This document shows positions 47,373-62,688 of a stretch of 64,000 nucleotides of DNA, one piece after another. Source of the DNA: the human T2T-CHM13v2.0 reference genome, Homo sapiens. The DNA is taken from NCBI RefSeq assembly GCF_009914755.1, contig NC_060933.1, one strand, 5' to 3'. The notes under the pieces are model-generated. The model did no database searches, was not told the origin of the DNA, and was given only the letters and a program-made list of their open reading frames with translations. Both the position numbers and the translations under genes were made by a program. The stretch's first letter is position 1; the number at the start of each line of letters is the position of its first letter.

Positions 47373-47560
47373 ATCTCCTATGGCACTATCTTTTAGGTAC
47401 AGTTTAAAACTTTGAATATGCTTTGTTTTCAAGTGTTTATGAATAATTTCTTCAATAATAAAAAAATCATATACTTTGAAGAAAGGGCCTATCTCATTCT
47501 TCTTGCCTGGCCACATAGTCTCATGGGTACAATTCAATATTTTAATAATTTCTACTATTC
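47373..47560 (-). pseudogene. Exon remnant IVEIIKILNCTHETMWPG...QSFKLYLKDSAIGD (phase 1 to 0)
   Basis: Acceptor ttgtttgactatctcag; 62 open codons; donor gtgaga. Confidence 0.6.
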
Positions 47561-47730
47561 CTGAGATAGTCAAACAATTTCTCATCATCATCTCACCATC
47601 ACAATCTTAATGACAAATCTCAGTTTCTGAGTGTCAGCCAGGGAGCAGATACCAGGAATTGTGCTCTAATCCTCATAACAAAACTTCAAGATCTCTCGGC
47701 AAAGAAAAGTCAAACCAAGATTCAAAACCA

Positions 47731-48090
<360 letters not shown>

Positions 48091-48266
48091 TTAGCCAAGT
48101 GCTAATTCAACATTTAGCTTTGTAATATGTCACAGATAGATGATCCATTAAATAGTTTCTAACACCGTTCTGATTCATCTCTTTTACAATATATTGAGAA
48201 TAATAGCATTTCCACAAAGGTTATTTCAAATGAAAAGACATTTACTATCTTTGTGCTATCATTTAC

Positions 48267-48503
48267 CCTAAGGAGCCTATATTTTTCCAATAATGTAGTT
48301 TCCACTCCTGGGAAAGCACGGCTCTTTTATACAAACGGCATCAAATCAGACGGATGCTGTGCAAATGTTGTGCTTCTCCAAAATGAATTTTTAAGATTGA
48401 CTCCAAAACTCATCTTCTCCTTTCAATTTACATAATATCTCTTACAAAACTGCCAAAACCATATTTCAAATTTAAAATGTCTTGGACAAAGGGAAAAAAT
48501 GCT
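48267..48503 (-). pseudogene. Exon remnant AFFPFVQDILNLKYGFG... (frame ambiguous)
   Basis: Acceptor ttgatatttcag; donor agg/gtaaat; 3 stops in the best frame. Confidence 0.45.
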
Positions 48504-48619
48504 CTGAAATATCAAATTACATGTACTTTATTTCTTTTACTGTGACGACTCCAAAATATAACCGCAGCTTCAGCTATGATTTCTCTTAAAAATTCTATTA
48601 AAATGCAAAGAAATAGTTG

Positions 48620-49090
48620 GTTGTAGGTGGCAGAGCCTTCTGAGATCGCTCTGGCAGTTTGAAAATATGCCCTTAAATTCTTTGACACTTATTTAAAAAT
48701 AGAGTCTAATTTCCCTCTCTTTGAATATGAGCCAGATTTACTGGCTCACTTCTAATGACTGTAATATGGTAGAAATGACACCATGTGACTTCCTCAGCTC
48801 AGTTAGGAAAGGCCAGACACCTATGCCTGGCTCCCTTCTGCTCTCCTGGTACACTCACCATTGGATCCATCTACTAGGCTGAGAGGAAGCTGAAGAGCCA
48901 CGTGGAAATCCAACAGCTAGTATCAACCACTAGATGTGTGAGTGGATGAGCCTGCAGATGATCCTCGCCCCTGGTCTTTGAGCCATCCCCAAACCATGCG
49001 GAGTTATTGCATATTCATAAACAAAATAAATGCTGTCATTTTTTTAAGCCACTAAATTTTGGGTGGTTGTTCTGTGGAAATAGATAGTCA
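48620..49090 (+). mobile_element. MLT1-type LTR
   Basis: gagtctaatttccctctctttgaatatgagc...ttttaagccactaaattttgggtggttgtt. Confidence 0.7.
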
Positions 49091-49511
49091 GAGCAAGCCC
49101 ATTCAACCATTTGTTTTGGGGTTCCAAATAGAAAGCATCTTGAATAACGTAGATTAAATAACAATAAATGCAAATGCAGACACCAAACATATCCTAGAGG
49201 AATCTTGGAGAACTTTAGTCTTGCTGCTTTTTATTTTTACATCTCATCAGCAGTACTGACGTTTCATCAGGATCAATGGAGAATTAACAATGGAGTTGAT
49301 ATTTTTTCCCTTTATAAGTTTGGGGAAAAGGTAGATCTCATAATCTGGTGTACTCCTTTTGGAAGCTTTTCATATTATCCTATCCTTTATCACAGGCTCC
49401 TCACATTCAGCATGTCCTAAACCAAATATTTTTTCTCCTACCCATTGACTCCTCCCCCTATGATTCTCATCATTATCAATGGAATTTGACTTAGAAATCT
49501 ATTCCTTTCTC

Positions 49512-49842
<331 letters not shown>

Positions 49843-49925
49843 CTATAGTCAATCATTAAATCTTGTAGATATTATCTCCTATCACTGATCATTTGATATA
49901 ACTCACCAAATTTCACTAATAATAA

Positions 49926-50293
<368 letters not shown>

Positions 50294-50434
50294 TAATAAT
50301 AGAGAAAGTAAAGATGCTACGTTAGAACACATTATCTGTTCCCCTTCCCGAAGCAGCGAATTATTGTTTCAGTTTGTGAAAATATCCAAATGCACAGTAC
50401 ATAGAAAACTGCAATGACTTCCTTTAATGTGTAC

Positions 50435-50618
50435 TCATAGAAACTCAAGATCAGGAGTGACTTCTCCAAGACCCCACATTCGCCTGCTTCCTTTGCGCCC
50501 CTCTCAGGTGCATATTTTCTGTTTTTTTTTTTTTCATAACTCTTTTCAGGCATGGTCCCTCCACTTATATTTTCAAAGACACTTAGCCAGGTTAATATCC
50601 TGTCAGTCTTTTCACACA
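50435..50618 (-). pseudogene. Exon remnant CEKTDRILTWLSVFENI...LLILSFY (phase 1 to 2)
   Basis: Acceptor ctaacttctag; 60 open codons; donor gtacac. Confidence 0.45.
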
Positions 50619-50724
50619 CTAGAAGTTAGCCTGTTCATATACGGGCCAATGGATCAGAAAATCAGGGAAGAATCCAAGGAAATCAAATCACCATGTGTAG
50701 TTAATAAACTCGTATTTATTGCTT

Positions 50725-50872
50725 ATCTATCAGCAGATGCTTCTAAAAACATCCATGCCCAGGCCCCACCACAGTCCCATTAAATTAGTGTCTGGGGGAA
50801 GGGCTCAGGCTTCAGTATGTCCAGAGCTCTCCTGGTGATACCAGTGAGCAGCCAGGGCTGAGAACCACTAGC
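50725..50872. mobile_element. MER5A-like hAT MITE
   Basis: cagccagggctgagaaccact terminus. Confidence 0.65.
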
Positions 50873-51206
50873 CAGGGTGTGCCTACTGTTATGAAGGTGT
50901 TTTCAGAGATACACAGAAAGCACCTCAGATAAATTCTGTAAACACCTGTGTAATTGAAAAAAGTTATAGTTATAATGTGTGAGAGGGAGAACACTAATTC
51001 AACTCATTTTTTACTAACTGGACCAATTATTTTACTAAAACAAGTGTATATTGTAGGCTTTGTCGTAAGGTTTCTGTATTGAAAGAATGTAGAGCATCTG
51101 TGAGATGGAATGTCTTTTGGGTTTTGGTGGGTGTGGAGTCTAACCTAACCAATATTTTGAGTAAAATGTTAGAGAATGGAGACACTGATCTTTGTTTAAA
51201 TCTTAT

Positions 51207-51296
51207 TTTCTCCATTCATTGATGTGCTGGAGATAGCAAGCCACAGCTGATGAGGACCTAATATTGCCCTCGTGAGCACAGACCTTCTGCTGTTTT
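51207..51296 (-). pseudogene. Exon remnant NSRRSVLTRAILGPHQLWLAISSTSMNGE (phase 1 to 1)
   Basis: Acceptor ctgttttctttgttgtag; open frame; donor decayed to ataaga. Confidence 0.5.
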
Positions 51297-51399
51297 CTAC
51301 AACAAAGAAAACAGTATCTCTGCATCATTGTTCAGGCTTCCAGAAGAAAGGGTGCAGGCATGAGTTTAGAGAAGCACTACTAGTAAAGCCGGGGCACCC

Positions 51400-51419
51400 C
51401 ACAGCGCCCCCCGACAGAG
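51400..51419 (-). promoter_or_regulatory. Candidate CTCF motif
   Basis: Minus strand ctgtcggggggcgctgtg resembles CCGCCAGGGGGCGCTG; CpGs retained in non-repeat DNA. Confidence 0.35.
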
Positions 51420-51862
51420 GGGTGAGATGATTTGTGGGTGCTCTACACTGCGTGACTAAAACATTTGGAGGCTCGCTATTACTTCGCATTTCATTCCCTT
51501 GTAGGAAACTATAGATTCAAATGGGTTGGTATGGCTGGTTAATTTTAATTTATAACTCTATGTTTATTTAAAAATTGGATAAAATTCATGCTGACTGTAT
51601 TTTATTATATACAAACATATCCATGCTTACTTCCATTTATCCATACAACAAATTCTACTCATAGTATCTATTTAACTCGTACTATTAGAAATGATGAAAT
51701 AAAATTGTTACTTAAATTTTATTTAAATCTAGTAAGATATATTCAGTATTGTTTAGCTCATAATTGTATAGAAATGAATGTATACATTTATATATTTTTT
51801 CTTGAATAATCAGGAGGAAAGACATTCTCTGCTATAATATGAAGTGTCAAAGGTGATTGGTG

Positions 51863-52273
<411 letters not shown>

Positions 52274-52390
52274 GGTGATTGTTGGGGATATAAATAGTCT
52301 ATTTGTTCCTATAAAAAAAAATCTTTTGTAAATCCCCTGGCATATAGGAAAGGTGGAGGAAATGCTGGTGTACCAGGCCTCATGGCTAAC

Positions 52391-52572
52391 TCTCCCATTT
52401 CCTCAGGTGCTCCACCGCCAAGTCCCTCTCGGAGAGCCATGAGCGCAATGCTGACTCCCGTTCTGCCCTCGCTGGCCCCCGTGCCAGATCTCCATGCGGC
52501 TTCTGGTTGTTCCCATTGCCCGTTCTGATGTGGGAAGTTGCTTATTTCCTAGCAGGTACTACCAGCATGGTG
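52391..52572 (-). pseudogene. Exon remnant ...ARAERESALRSWLSERDLAVEHLRKWE (phase 2 to 1)
   Basis: Acceptor ttatattattgtttcag; one stop; GC/CpG-rich island in AT-rich DNA; donor gttagc. Confidence 0.5.
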
Positions 52573-53124
52573 CTGAAACAATAATATAAATCAAAGTGCC
52601 TTCTAACGACGTTGTATGAAAAGATCAGTCTGGGCTAAGGATCAAAATAAAATTGTCATTACATTTAATGATTGAGACCATATTTACTAGTATTTTAATT
52701 ATTTAGTTTCTTTATTAGTAGTAATATTTAATATTTTACAATATTTATTTATGATACTATCATGTTCTTTCAATGACCAAAAAGCACTCTCATTGTGTTT
52801 AAATGTGAATAATCAAAATTTAACATAAAATTAAATAGTAAAGCTAGGTGTTGTAGGAACAGAAACAATAGAATTACTTTTTGTTGGCATGATATAAAGA
52901 ATTAGTTTTTATTAGTATACGTGTATATGTGTATTTGTGTGTGTATAATTTCATTCTTTAATAAACTCCAAATAAAATTTTCAGTAATTCCAGATTTTCT
53001 TTGATTTTAATTTCTAGTAATTTCAAGTTATTTATACATAACTGAAGGGAAGATTTAATTTCTAAAATAATAATTCTCAGAATCCACGTTTATTTGCAGA
53101 TTCCGAGCAGAAAACTGCTTTCAC

Positions 53125-53271
53125 TTGATAGGCATTTTTAGCTAAACTCTGGAAGTGCAAAGGAAACTCAAAGGAAGACATTTGTTTTTGTACAAGGTTT
53201 AATATATTTCTAATGAGAGAAACAACCCCAGCATCTATTAACAGAACAGCGCCTTCTGCCAGGAGCAGCAC
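53125..53271 (-). pseudogene. Exon remnant (VLLLAEGAVLLIDAGVVSLIRNILNLVQ...NAYQ, or an alternative acceptor at 53235)
   Basis: 49 open codons; donor caa/gtgaaa; acceptor weak or ambiguous. Confidence 0.4.
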
Positions 53272-53493
53272 CTGTCACCTAAGTTCTATTCGATATATAC
53301 TAGTTGAATGAGTGGATGACTAAATGATGGTAACTACTCACTTCCTTTAGCAGAGAGCAGGGAGTACCTGACTGTGTCAAGACACGCTTGGAGTTATGAG
53401 ACTGGGTTCTCAGCATGGCTTCTCTTGCTGAGAACCCAGTCCAGTGCCTGGACTTTGGGCAAATTCCTTCAACGCTCTAAACCTCAGATTCCT

Positions 53494-53818
<325 letters not shown>

Positions 53819-54121
53819 TCAGATTCCTTATACGGAATATGGAAAGCCAGTCTGCATCAGGGCTAATTTAATATACACCAGCTTTGTCCTTACACCGTGT
53901 TTTATTCCAACATGGAGGGAAAGAAAGCCCTTATAACCCCACCATACATTAGGCTTTAATTAGCAATTATCACCCTAATGAAAAGAATCAGCAACACTTT
54001 TTACAATGCCCTGAGGTGTTGTTGGTGAGAATTTTTCTTTTAGACTACTACCACAAATACAACTTTTTGACTCAGAGATGTAGTGGTTTTAGAATTTAAG
54101 ATTTGACTGCCATGCAGTTGA

Positions 54122-54655
<534 letters not shown>

Positions 54656-54671
54656 AAATATAAAGTGATAC

Positions 54672-55548
54672 CTTGTTAAGTAATATTTCCATTATAGTTT
54701 CTGTCTGCAACTACATGAAGCACTCTGTGCTCTTGAAGTAATGGCATCTAAATCCAGCAAACAGAGTCACATCTTCTATTACCACCATTTCCCCGATGGA
54801 TTCTTCCAGGGAATGGAGGCACAAGTCAGCTTCATGCCTGGCTGCATATGGAAGAAAGCAATTTTCATAAATCCTCAGCTCCATACAATGGGAAAATCTC
54901 ATTTAGTTTCTGAGGTAAATTAATATTTTTTGTCTCACACTTTTTTCTATTTTCTTTTGTTTTTATAATTATCATACAGTAAAATTGACCTTTTTGTGGT
55001 GCACATTTCTATAAATTCTAAGACATATATATAACGATCACCACAATAAGATACATTTCTATCACCCTAAAAAAATTCCCACATGCTGCCTCTTTATCAA
55101 AGCCTTCCTTATGCCACCAAGCACTGGCAATCACAGATCTATTTTCTATCCCTATAGTTTTATCCTTTGAGAATGTCATATAATGGAATCAATACAGTAT
55201 GAACTTTTTGAATGACTTTGTTCACTCACCATAACGCCATTGAGATTTATCCAAGTTGTTGCATGAGTCGATAATTTCAAGAAAATGTCTACTATTTTCC
55301 TGCCAAGGGACAGGTTTCCTTGGGCACATCCTAGACTCAAAGAAATCATTAAAAAATTCAATATCTTATTATCTTTATGTCAACTACATTAACAGACAGA
55401 ATTTTCTTTGTTAAAGGAATTTCTATTCTTTGTTTCTTAAAGTAACTAAATTTGGCTAAAAAAAAAAAAATCTGCTGCTGGATTTCACAGGATGAAATCT
55501 GGCTTAAATGCACTAATTCGCCTTGTGACCCCTTAGTTCTCATGACTT
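54672..55548 (-). pseudogene. Exon remnant(s) EVMRTKGSQGELV...IVDIFLK / ...SLEESIGEMVVIEDVTLF...IMEILLNK, split by an L1M fragment
   Basis: Acceptor gccttttgctcttag at 55549; donor aag/gtatca at 54671; long open stretches on both sides of the L1. Confidence 0.5.
54945..55275 (-). mobile_element. L1MC/MD-like 3' fragment
   Basis: gaatgtcatataatggaatcaatacagtatg...gagatttatccaagttgttgcatg. Confidence 0.7.
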
Positions 55549-56119
55549 CTAAGAGCAAAAGGCATTTTCCCTACTGCATGCAGCCAACTCTACAAATATT
55601 AAAATCTAGAACCTAATGTAGTGGAAGAAATTCATATGAAAGCTACAGAATGCACTGAACTTTCAGCTAATGCAGAGTTCAAATAAGAATTCCCTCTTTA
55701 ATGTCATAATACAAAATGTTCACATCAGTTAAGTATTGATTACAAACATCTATTTTAACAATTTGGTCCCTGGAAACTACCTTACAGCCTGGTTCTTGCA
55801 AATGTTACTTCAAATTAAAGTTAAATGTTAAATATTATATATATGGAGAAAGAGAGATTCTTTTTTCAGAAAAATACCCTTCAAACTAATTTTAATGTGA
55901 AGACCAAATTTTAACCAAAAAATTATCTTCAGTTTTCCATTTATTTGGCATATATGTCAGACATAAAAACAATCAATTTATTTTTCTAAAGACAGGGATG
56001 TTATATGTGTCATGTGTATCCTATGTTAAGTTGATTTTAATAAGTCTGTGTAAAGAAATTTATTGAGATAAGCATTTGGTGAGCATGTGTTCCTTCTTAA
56101 CTGGTCACTTTCTGTTGGT

Positions 56120-56282
56120 AAGCGGGTATCTAACTGCAAACGACAACTTTACTATGCAAGGCACAACCTCACTTGGGAGCTTGTTTGAAATGCAGACTTC
56201 CCTACTTACACCTACGTTGACTTGGAATCTGCATTTAACATGATCATAAGGATCTTGCACATTACAATTTGAGAAGCACTGC
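56120..56282. mobile_element. MER5A-like MITE
   Basis: gggagcttgtttgaaatgcagac...tttgagaagcactg. Confidence 0.65.
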
Positions 56283-56920
56283 CCTAAAACATCTTAAGAA
56301 TAAAACTGGAACATTTTCACTGCAAATGTGCTATTTACATTAGCATGACTACTGTGGAAAAAAATCCACTAAGCTTGAATTTTGAACTAGTTGAACGCCG
56401 ATTGTGATAATGTAAGCCTGTTTTGAGAAATGCAAGCACTAACTATCCCTTAGCAAATATAAAGATGCCACATGTGGTCTAATGTAATATTAGACCTTCC
56501 CTCTTCTCAGGAGGCAGAGCCATTATGTTCCAACCTGAGCCTCTGAGCTACCATTACTTGTTTCTATTCTTAGCCTTCATGAATACAGGTCACTTATTGG
56601 GATTATACTATTCTAACAAAAAAAAATGTGTTTTCCAATGGGAACTACAACAAAAATAGATGAATTCCTTAAGAAACAAATTTTTATTCCTAAATAAATA
56701 TAATCATATTTGTAAGACATAAGAATAAATGAAAAAATTAGTAATTAGGTAAAGAGTACATTTATTTTCAAATTCTGTAGTTCCCCTCAAGATACCACTA
56801 TTGACATGGTTGCAAAGCATTATTTGCAATTGTTATGTCAAAGTCGTGTTGTGTCTAAAGAAAGACTACCTGACACTTGTTTCCAAATTGTTCCACTTAT
56901 ACAATTTGTGCTTTTCCTAG

Positions 56921-57453
56921 TGTCAAAGGCTTTCCAGCCAGAATGATTCCATCTTGAGTGAAGGCTAAGAAAATAAGGCTGGGACTTGCTGGGCTGCATT
57001 CATAGAAAGTTAGGCATTCCTAGCCTCTAGATGTTTACTGCTAAGAGAACAGATTGATAATGTTTACTAAACTGGCCCAGACTTGGGATTGTCTTGATAT
57101 CCTGATATCTTGAGAACAGAAGCATTCCTAATTTTGCTTTAAAGATAATAATATCGATCCTTGCAAAACATAAGAAAATTAATCCTTTATCACAAACCCT
57201 TGTAGCATAGCACATCTTCCCATGATCTTTATTTATCCTATATATAAACAAGTGTCGTACCTAGGGTGGACGCGTTCCTCTTCTTCCTTTTGGGAACTCC
57301 CGGCTCTGTCTATGGAGTAGCTGTTCTTTCGCCACTTTATTTTCTTAATAAATTTGCTTTTGCTTTGCACCGTGGACTGGCCCTGAATTCTTTCTTTCAC
57401 GAGATCCAAGAACCCTCTCTTGGGGTCTGTATAGGGACCCCTTTCCTGTAACA
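56921..57453 (+). mobile_element. MER41-family (ERV1) solo LTR
   Basis: tgtcaaaggc...gagatccaagaaccctctcttggggtctg...cctgtaaca; AATAAA at about 57347; 4-bp TSD ctag. Confidence 0.9.
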
Positions 57454-57604
57454 CTAGCAAGGAAGTCCCTTCCAGAGAGCTCTCTCTGGTTTAGCAGCAC
57501 ACTTATATTGGTGTAGGATGGGAACATTCCATAAAGACATATTCACATTTGTTCAAAGTCTTCTGCATCAACTACCCCCAGATTTTGATGTATTCTGCCT
57601 TTAA

Positions 57605-58175
<571 letters not shown>

Positions 58176-58909
58176 GACCCTATTTCAATCTTTTTAGCTT
58201 TCACTGAATGTTTCTCTACCTGTCCGTGAATGAATGGTCTCCATTTATTTTCCATTTGTCTTTCACATATTCCAGCTTAACATTTATTTCCACAACTGAC
58301 ATTTATTTGATAAAGGTCCTTTGAATACATTTTAGCTCTAATATGCCTACTCTGTCTTTAATGTGTGACAATTTCACTAATGGAAATACAATCACATGTG
58401 CCCTGTAAATCTCCCAAGTTGTCTCAATTCTCCAAAGAATTACATCATGTCTGTCCACACCCACCAAACACAAAACTGAAAAGTGACCAGTTCAGCTTCA
58501 GGCTAGTGTTTTTTCATTCCACCAAAGCCACATTATATTTAATTAATGAAACTAATGCCTATAAAGTTAACAAAGGAATATAACACATATACCTGAATAT
58601 ACCTCTATTCAAAATTATTTTCCAAGAATGAATAAATGTTCACATTTTATTAGAGAAAATGAAACAATCATAATATCTGAGATTTATTTCAAAACTCTTT
58701 TTTTTACTGACACATGTTCTTGTCCACAGGCCAATGGAAACAGACATGTGTAGCATTATTTAGATGATCAACTGCATTAATTCTTCATATATTAGTCATT
58801 GACAATAGACCTACAAAGAGAGTATTTCTCATCCTTGATATAAATTACAGTTTTCATCATTGAATTTACTTACTCAACAGTTTTTAGACACATGCGCTTG
58901 TGGACTTAT

Positions 58910-59091
58910 ATGGAATTCCTGAGGTTGAACTTGCTGCGTGATAAATCTTCTAGCTTTAAATACAGAGTCTGTTTAAACAGGGTGAGTTGTAAATTATCTG
59001 ACAAGGAAATGGATTTTATGTGGAAAATGCACATTTTCTCACAGGCAGGGCCCATGAAACTCATGGTTTGAATACTTTCAGATGGCAGAGC
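58910..59091 (-). pseudogene. Exon remnant ALPSESIQTMSF...SKFNLRNS (phase 0 to 2)
   Basis: Acceptor tcttgtttcttttacttgtcaaag; 60 open codons; donor decayed to ataagt. Confidence 0.55.
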
Positions 59092-60998
59092 CTTTGACAA
59101 GTAAAAGAAACAAGACTATTGTAAACACTGAGCTTATTCGAAAAGCATTTTTTAAAAATTTCCAAGCTTATCAGATTATGTCTATATAAAACTAACATTT
59201 TTGTGAATTTCCAAGTATGTATTTGGCTCATTCATTGTTTCTTTTTGTCCACAGATGTACATATTTTTATAATGATTACAACAAAATAATTTAAACCATC
59301 CAGTAGGTGAAGCATTCCCCTTTTCCCAAGACAGTTGGATAAAATTGAATCAAAATTTAATTCCATGTCTGAAGGAAGTTTAACACCCTTCTTGGAAGTC
59401 TTGAAGCCTCCCAGGTATGACTGAGTAAAGCAGATTGCTCTCCACATTGTAGGTGGACCTCATATAGTTCCTTGAAGGCCTGAATGGAATGAAAGTTTGA
59501 GTAATAAATATTTGTTTCTCTATGATAGTCTTTGAACAGGATATCAGTGTCCTTCTGCCTTTGGACTCAGACTGGGACTGGAACTTACACCATCAGCTTT
59601 CCTGGTATTCAGGCCTTTGGAATTGGGGTGGACCTACATTACCAACTTCCCTGGGTCTCTAGCTTGCCAACTGTAAATTTTGGACTCCTCAGTCTCTGTA
59701 ATCACATAAACCAATTTCTTACAATAAATGTACCTATGTGTCCACATATCCATCTGAGCATCTAGTGGGTTCTGGGTTTTTTTTCTTTTGGAAGGTACGT
59801 GACTAATACAGATTAGTACTGAGATTAGCATGATTTAGTACTAACAGTGGTTCTAGAGAAACAAAATTTTAAGAATAAATTTCTTGAATTTGTTCTGAAG
59901 TTTCCAGAATTGGCTTTCTAATCTGATTAGAATTAAAGATGCTAGTGGTTCTGTTTCCAGTGGTAAAGAAAGCACTCACAGTACCTGGCATGATTTGGCA
60001 ATAGAAATATGCAAAATATCACCCTTGGATAGTCCTAATCAACTACTTACAAAAAGCATGGATATGGATGACTGTGTATATGGTAATTTCAAACATTTCC
60101 GACAAGCTATTGAATATAACAGTTTAGGACTGATTGTTCCTAATGGTGCTGGACAAAGTATAGAAAGAGAAAGATGAGCTTAACGATTAAAATTCCCAGC
60201 TCAAATGCTACCTAAATGATCTGAAAGCTTCTATGTGTGCCCTGAAGGAGACATTTATCTCCTGTAATTTCAGTTCTAAGATTGCTGAAAATGAAGCCCA
60301 GAAACTCATCCTGTGACTGGCTGAATTACAATGTAAGTTTGAACTCCCAGCCTTGTAGAGTATTTATGGGGAAAGTGAGGGCATTGATTGGGAAGGAATG
60401 GAATCTGAATATTGGAGTGGGGATGTGATGTGAGGGAAGACCTGGATGAAGCTGGAAACACTGAACCACTAAGTTCTTTTCTGCTGGAAGATGTCTCCCC
60501 AGCCCCAGGGGGAGCAGCCTCTCTACCCCCATTTGAAGAGAGTAACCTCTTAGTGACTGATGAAATTTTAGTGGCCTCCCCTGAGGAAGCTGCCATCAAG
60601 AAAATGCTGAATATTCTCAGGAACCATGCCTACCATCTTTCTTTGCTTCTGGATCTAGAACTAGACTCATCTCAGCGGGCCCCTAAAGGTGAGGTATAAA
60701 GTGTGGCCCATGAGGAGGTGTGCTACACTCTACAATAATTATTTGAGTTTTTAAAATTATACAGACAGAAACCTAGGAAACATGTGAGAATGGATATTAA
60801 GTGTGTGAGATATTGGTGGAGGAACACCAACTTACCTCAGGCTGAAATTACTTTTACTAAGCATAGATTATACAGTTAATGTGCATCTCAGGAGTCAGAA
60901 AGGGCTCTAACACTTTCTGTGGTTGACTAAAGCCTAGACCAAAAGGTGGCCTACAGTGAGTAAGTTGGAAATGCCAGACCTGCCTTGGTTGAATGTGT

Positions 60999-61867
60999 AG
61001 ATACCCCTCTAGTTACTATAAGGTTACATCCCAATAAAGCTACCATAACTTGAAAACATTGCAAGTCAAACTGCATTTAATACACTTAACCTACCAAACA
61101 TCTAGCTTAGCCTATCCTACTTTAAACATGCTCAGAACACTTATTCTATAGTGGAGCAAAATCACCTAACACAAAGCCTATTTTATAATAAAGTAATGAA
61201 TAGCTGACCTAATTTATTGAATACCATACTGAAAGTGAAAAACAGAATACTTGTATGGGTACTAACCATTAATGTACACAGCTGAAAGTGCACGGAGCCT
61301 GAAGAAAGTTTGAAACATTGAACTAAAATTAATTGCTGGCTGATGGAGAGGTTATAGTGACAGGGTTATTGGTTTCTCTCTCTTCTGATGAAGCTTGAGA
61401 ATGTAAAATGATACAATGGACTTTGGGGACTTGGGGGGAAAAGTGGGAGGGGGGCAAGGGATGAAAGACTACAAATATGGTACAGTGTACACTGCTTGGG
61501 TGATGTGTGCACCAACATCTCACGAATCACCACTAAGGAACTTACTCATGTAACCAAATACCACCTGTACCCCCAATAACTTATGAAAAATAAGAAAAAA
61601 TTAAAACATTAAAAGTATAAAAAATAAAAACCACTGGCAACACAGCACACTCACAGTACACAGCTGAGTATTGGTCATTTACCCTTGTGATGGTGTGGGT
61701 GGCTGGGATCTGTGGCTCCCTGCAGCTGCCCAGCATTGCAACAGAGTGTCATACAGCAGATCTAGCCTGGGAAAAGATCAAGATTCAAAATTCAAAGTGT
61801 GGTTTCTACTAAATGTGCATCACTTTCACACCATTGCAACAGGAACCATCTTAAAGGGGACCATCTG
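60999..61867. mobile_element. MER47/Tigger5-like DNA element inside ERVL, containing an L1 3' end at 61405-61630
   Basis: TA-flanked termini tagatacccctctagttac...ttaaaggggaccatctg; inner atacaatggactttggggacttgg...tgtacccccaataac. Confidence 0.75.
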
Positions 61868-62288
61868 TAGAGGAAAGCATCAAAGGCTTAGGGAGATCAG
61901 AATGTTAGAATAGATTTGCCATTTCAGATCTAACCACCCTCATTGGGAGAAAACAGAAGATGTACTTCTTTTCACTGCTATTGTGAGAAATCAATTTGTA
62001 AGGAGAGCCTCAGCGTCTCTGAAGAGCTTTGTGATTGCCAGACCTTACAGTGGAGAATGCAGTCACTGTTTGGGAAATCTAGACAGTGGGAGTAATTGGA
62101 TCCCAGGATGACAGGAGCCAAAGGGTGGTACCAAAGTGAGAGTGGGTGTGGTTCCTGTAAGGGAGGCAGACTCAAGACAGCAATCAGAATCATCTCACTT
62201 GTGCAGATTTATGGTGTTGGTTAGTTGAGCATGATGGTTCTAGAGGTGAAATACTCTGGAAGACTACTAAATTCTTACTTTCTCTGTA

Positions 62289-62688
62289 TACATAAGGCTG
62301 TTCTTGCATTGCTATAAAGAAATAGTTGAGACTGGGTAATTTATAAGGAAAGAAGTTTAATTAGCTCATGGTTCTACAAGGAAGCATGAGCACTGACATC
62401 TGCTTCTGGAGAGGCCTCAGGATCATGGCGGAAGGCAAAGCAGGAGCTTCCATGTCACATGGTGAAAGCTGGAGCAAAAGAGAGAGAGTTAGGTGCCACA
62501 CTTAAACAGCCAGATCTCATGAGAAGGCACCCACTGTCATGAGAACAGCACCAAGGGAATGGTGCCAAACCATTCATGAGAACTCCACCCCCATGATCCA
62601 GTCATCTTCCACCAGGCCCCACCTCCAATACTGGGGATGACAGTTCAACCTGAGATTTGGCTGGGGATATATATCCAAACTGTATCAC
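62289..62688 (-). mobile_element. MSTA/B LTR inside ERVL
   Basis: gcattgctataaagaaatagttgagactggg...tatccaaactgtatca. Confidence 0.85.

Noticed and set aside
47373-47470. Resemblance of HIQSFKLYLKDS to an RGS-domain helix
   Set aside because: Too short, and the expected downstream L-x-F-W motif was not found in the next exon candidates.
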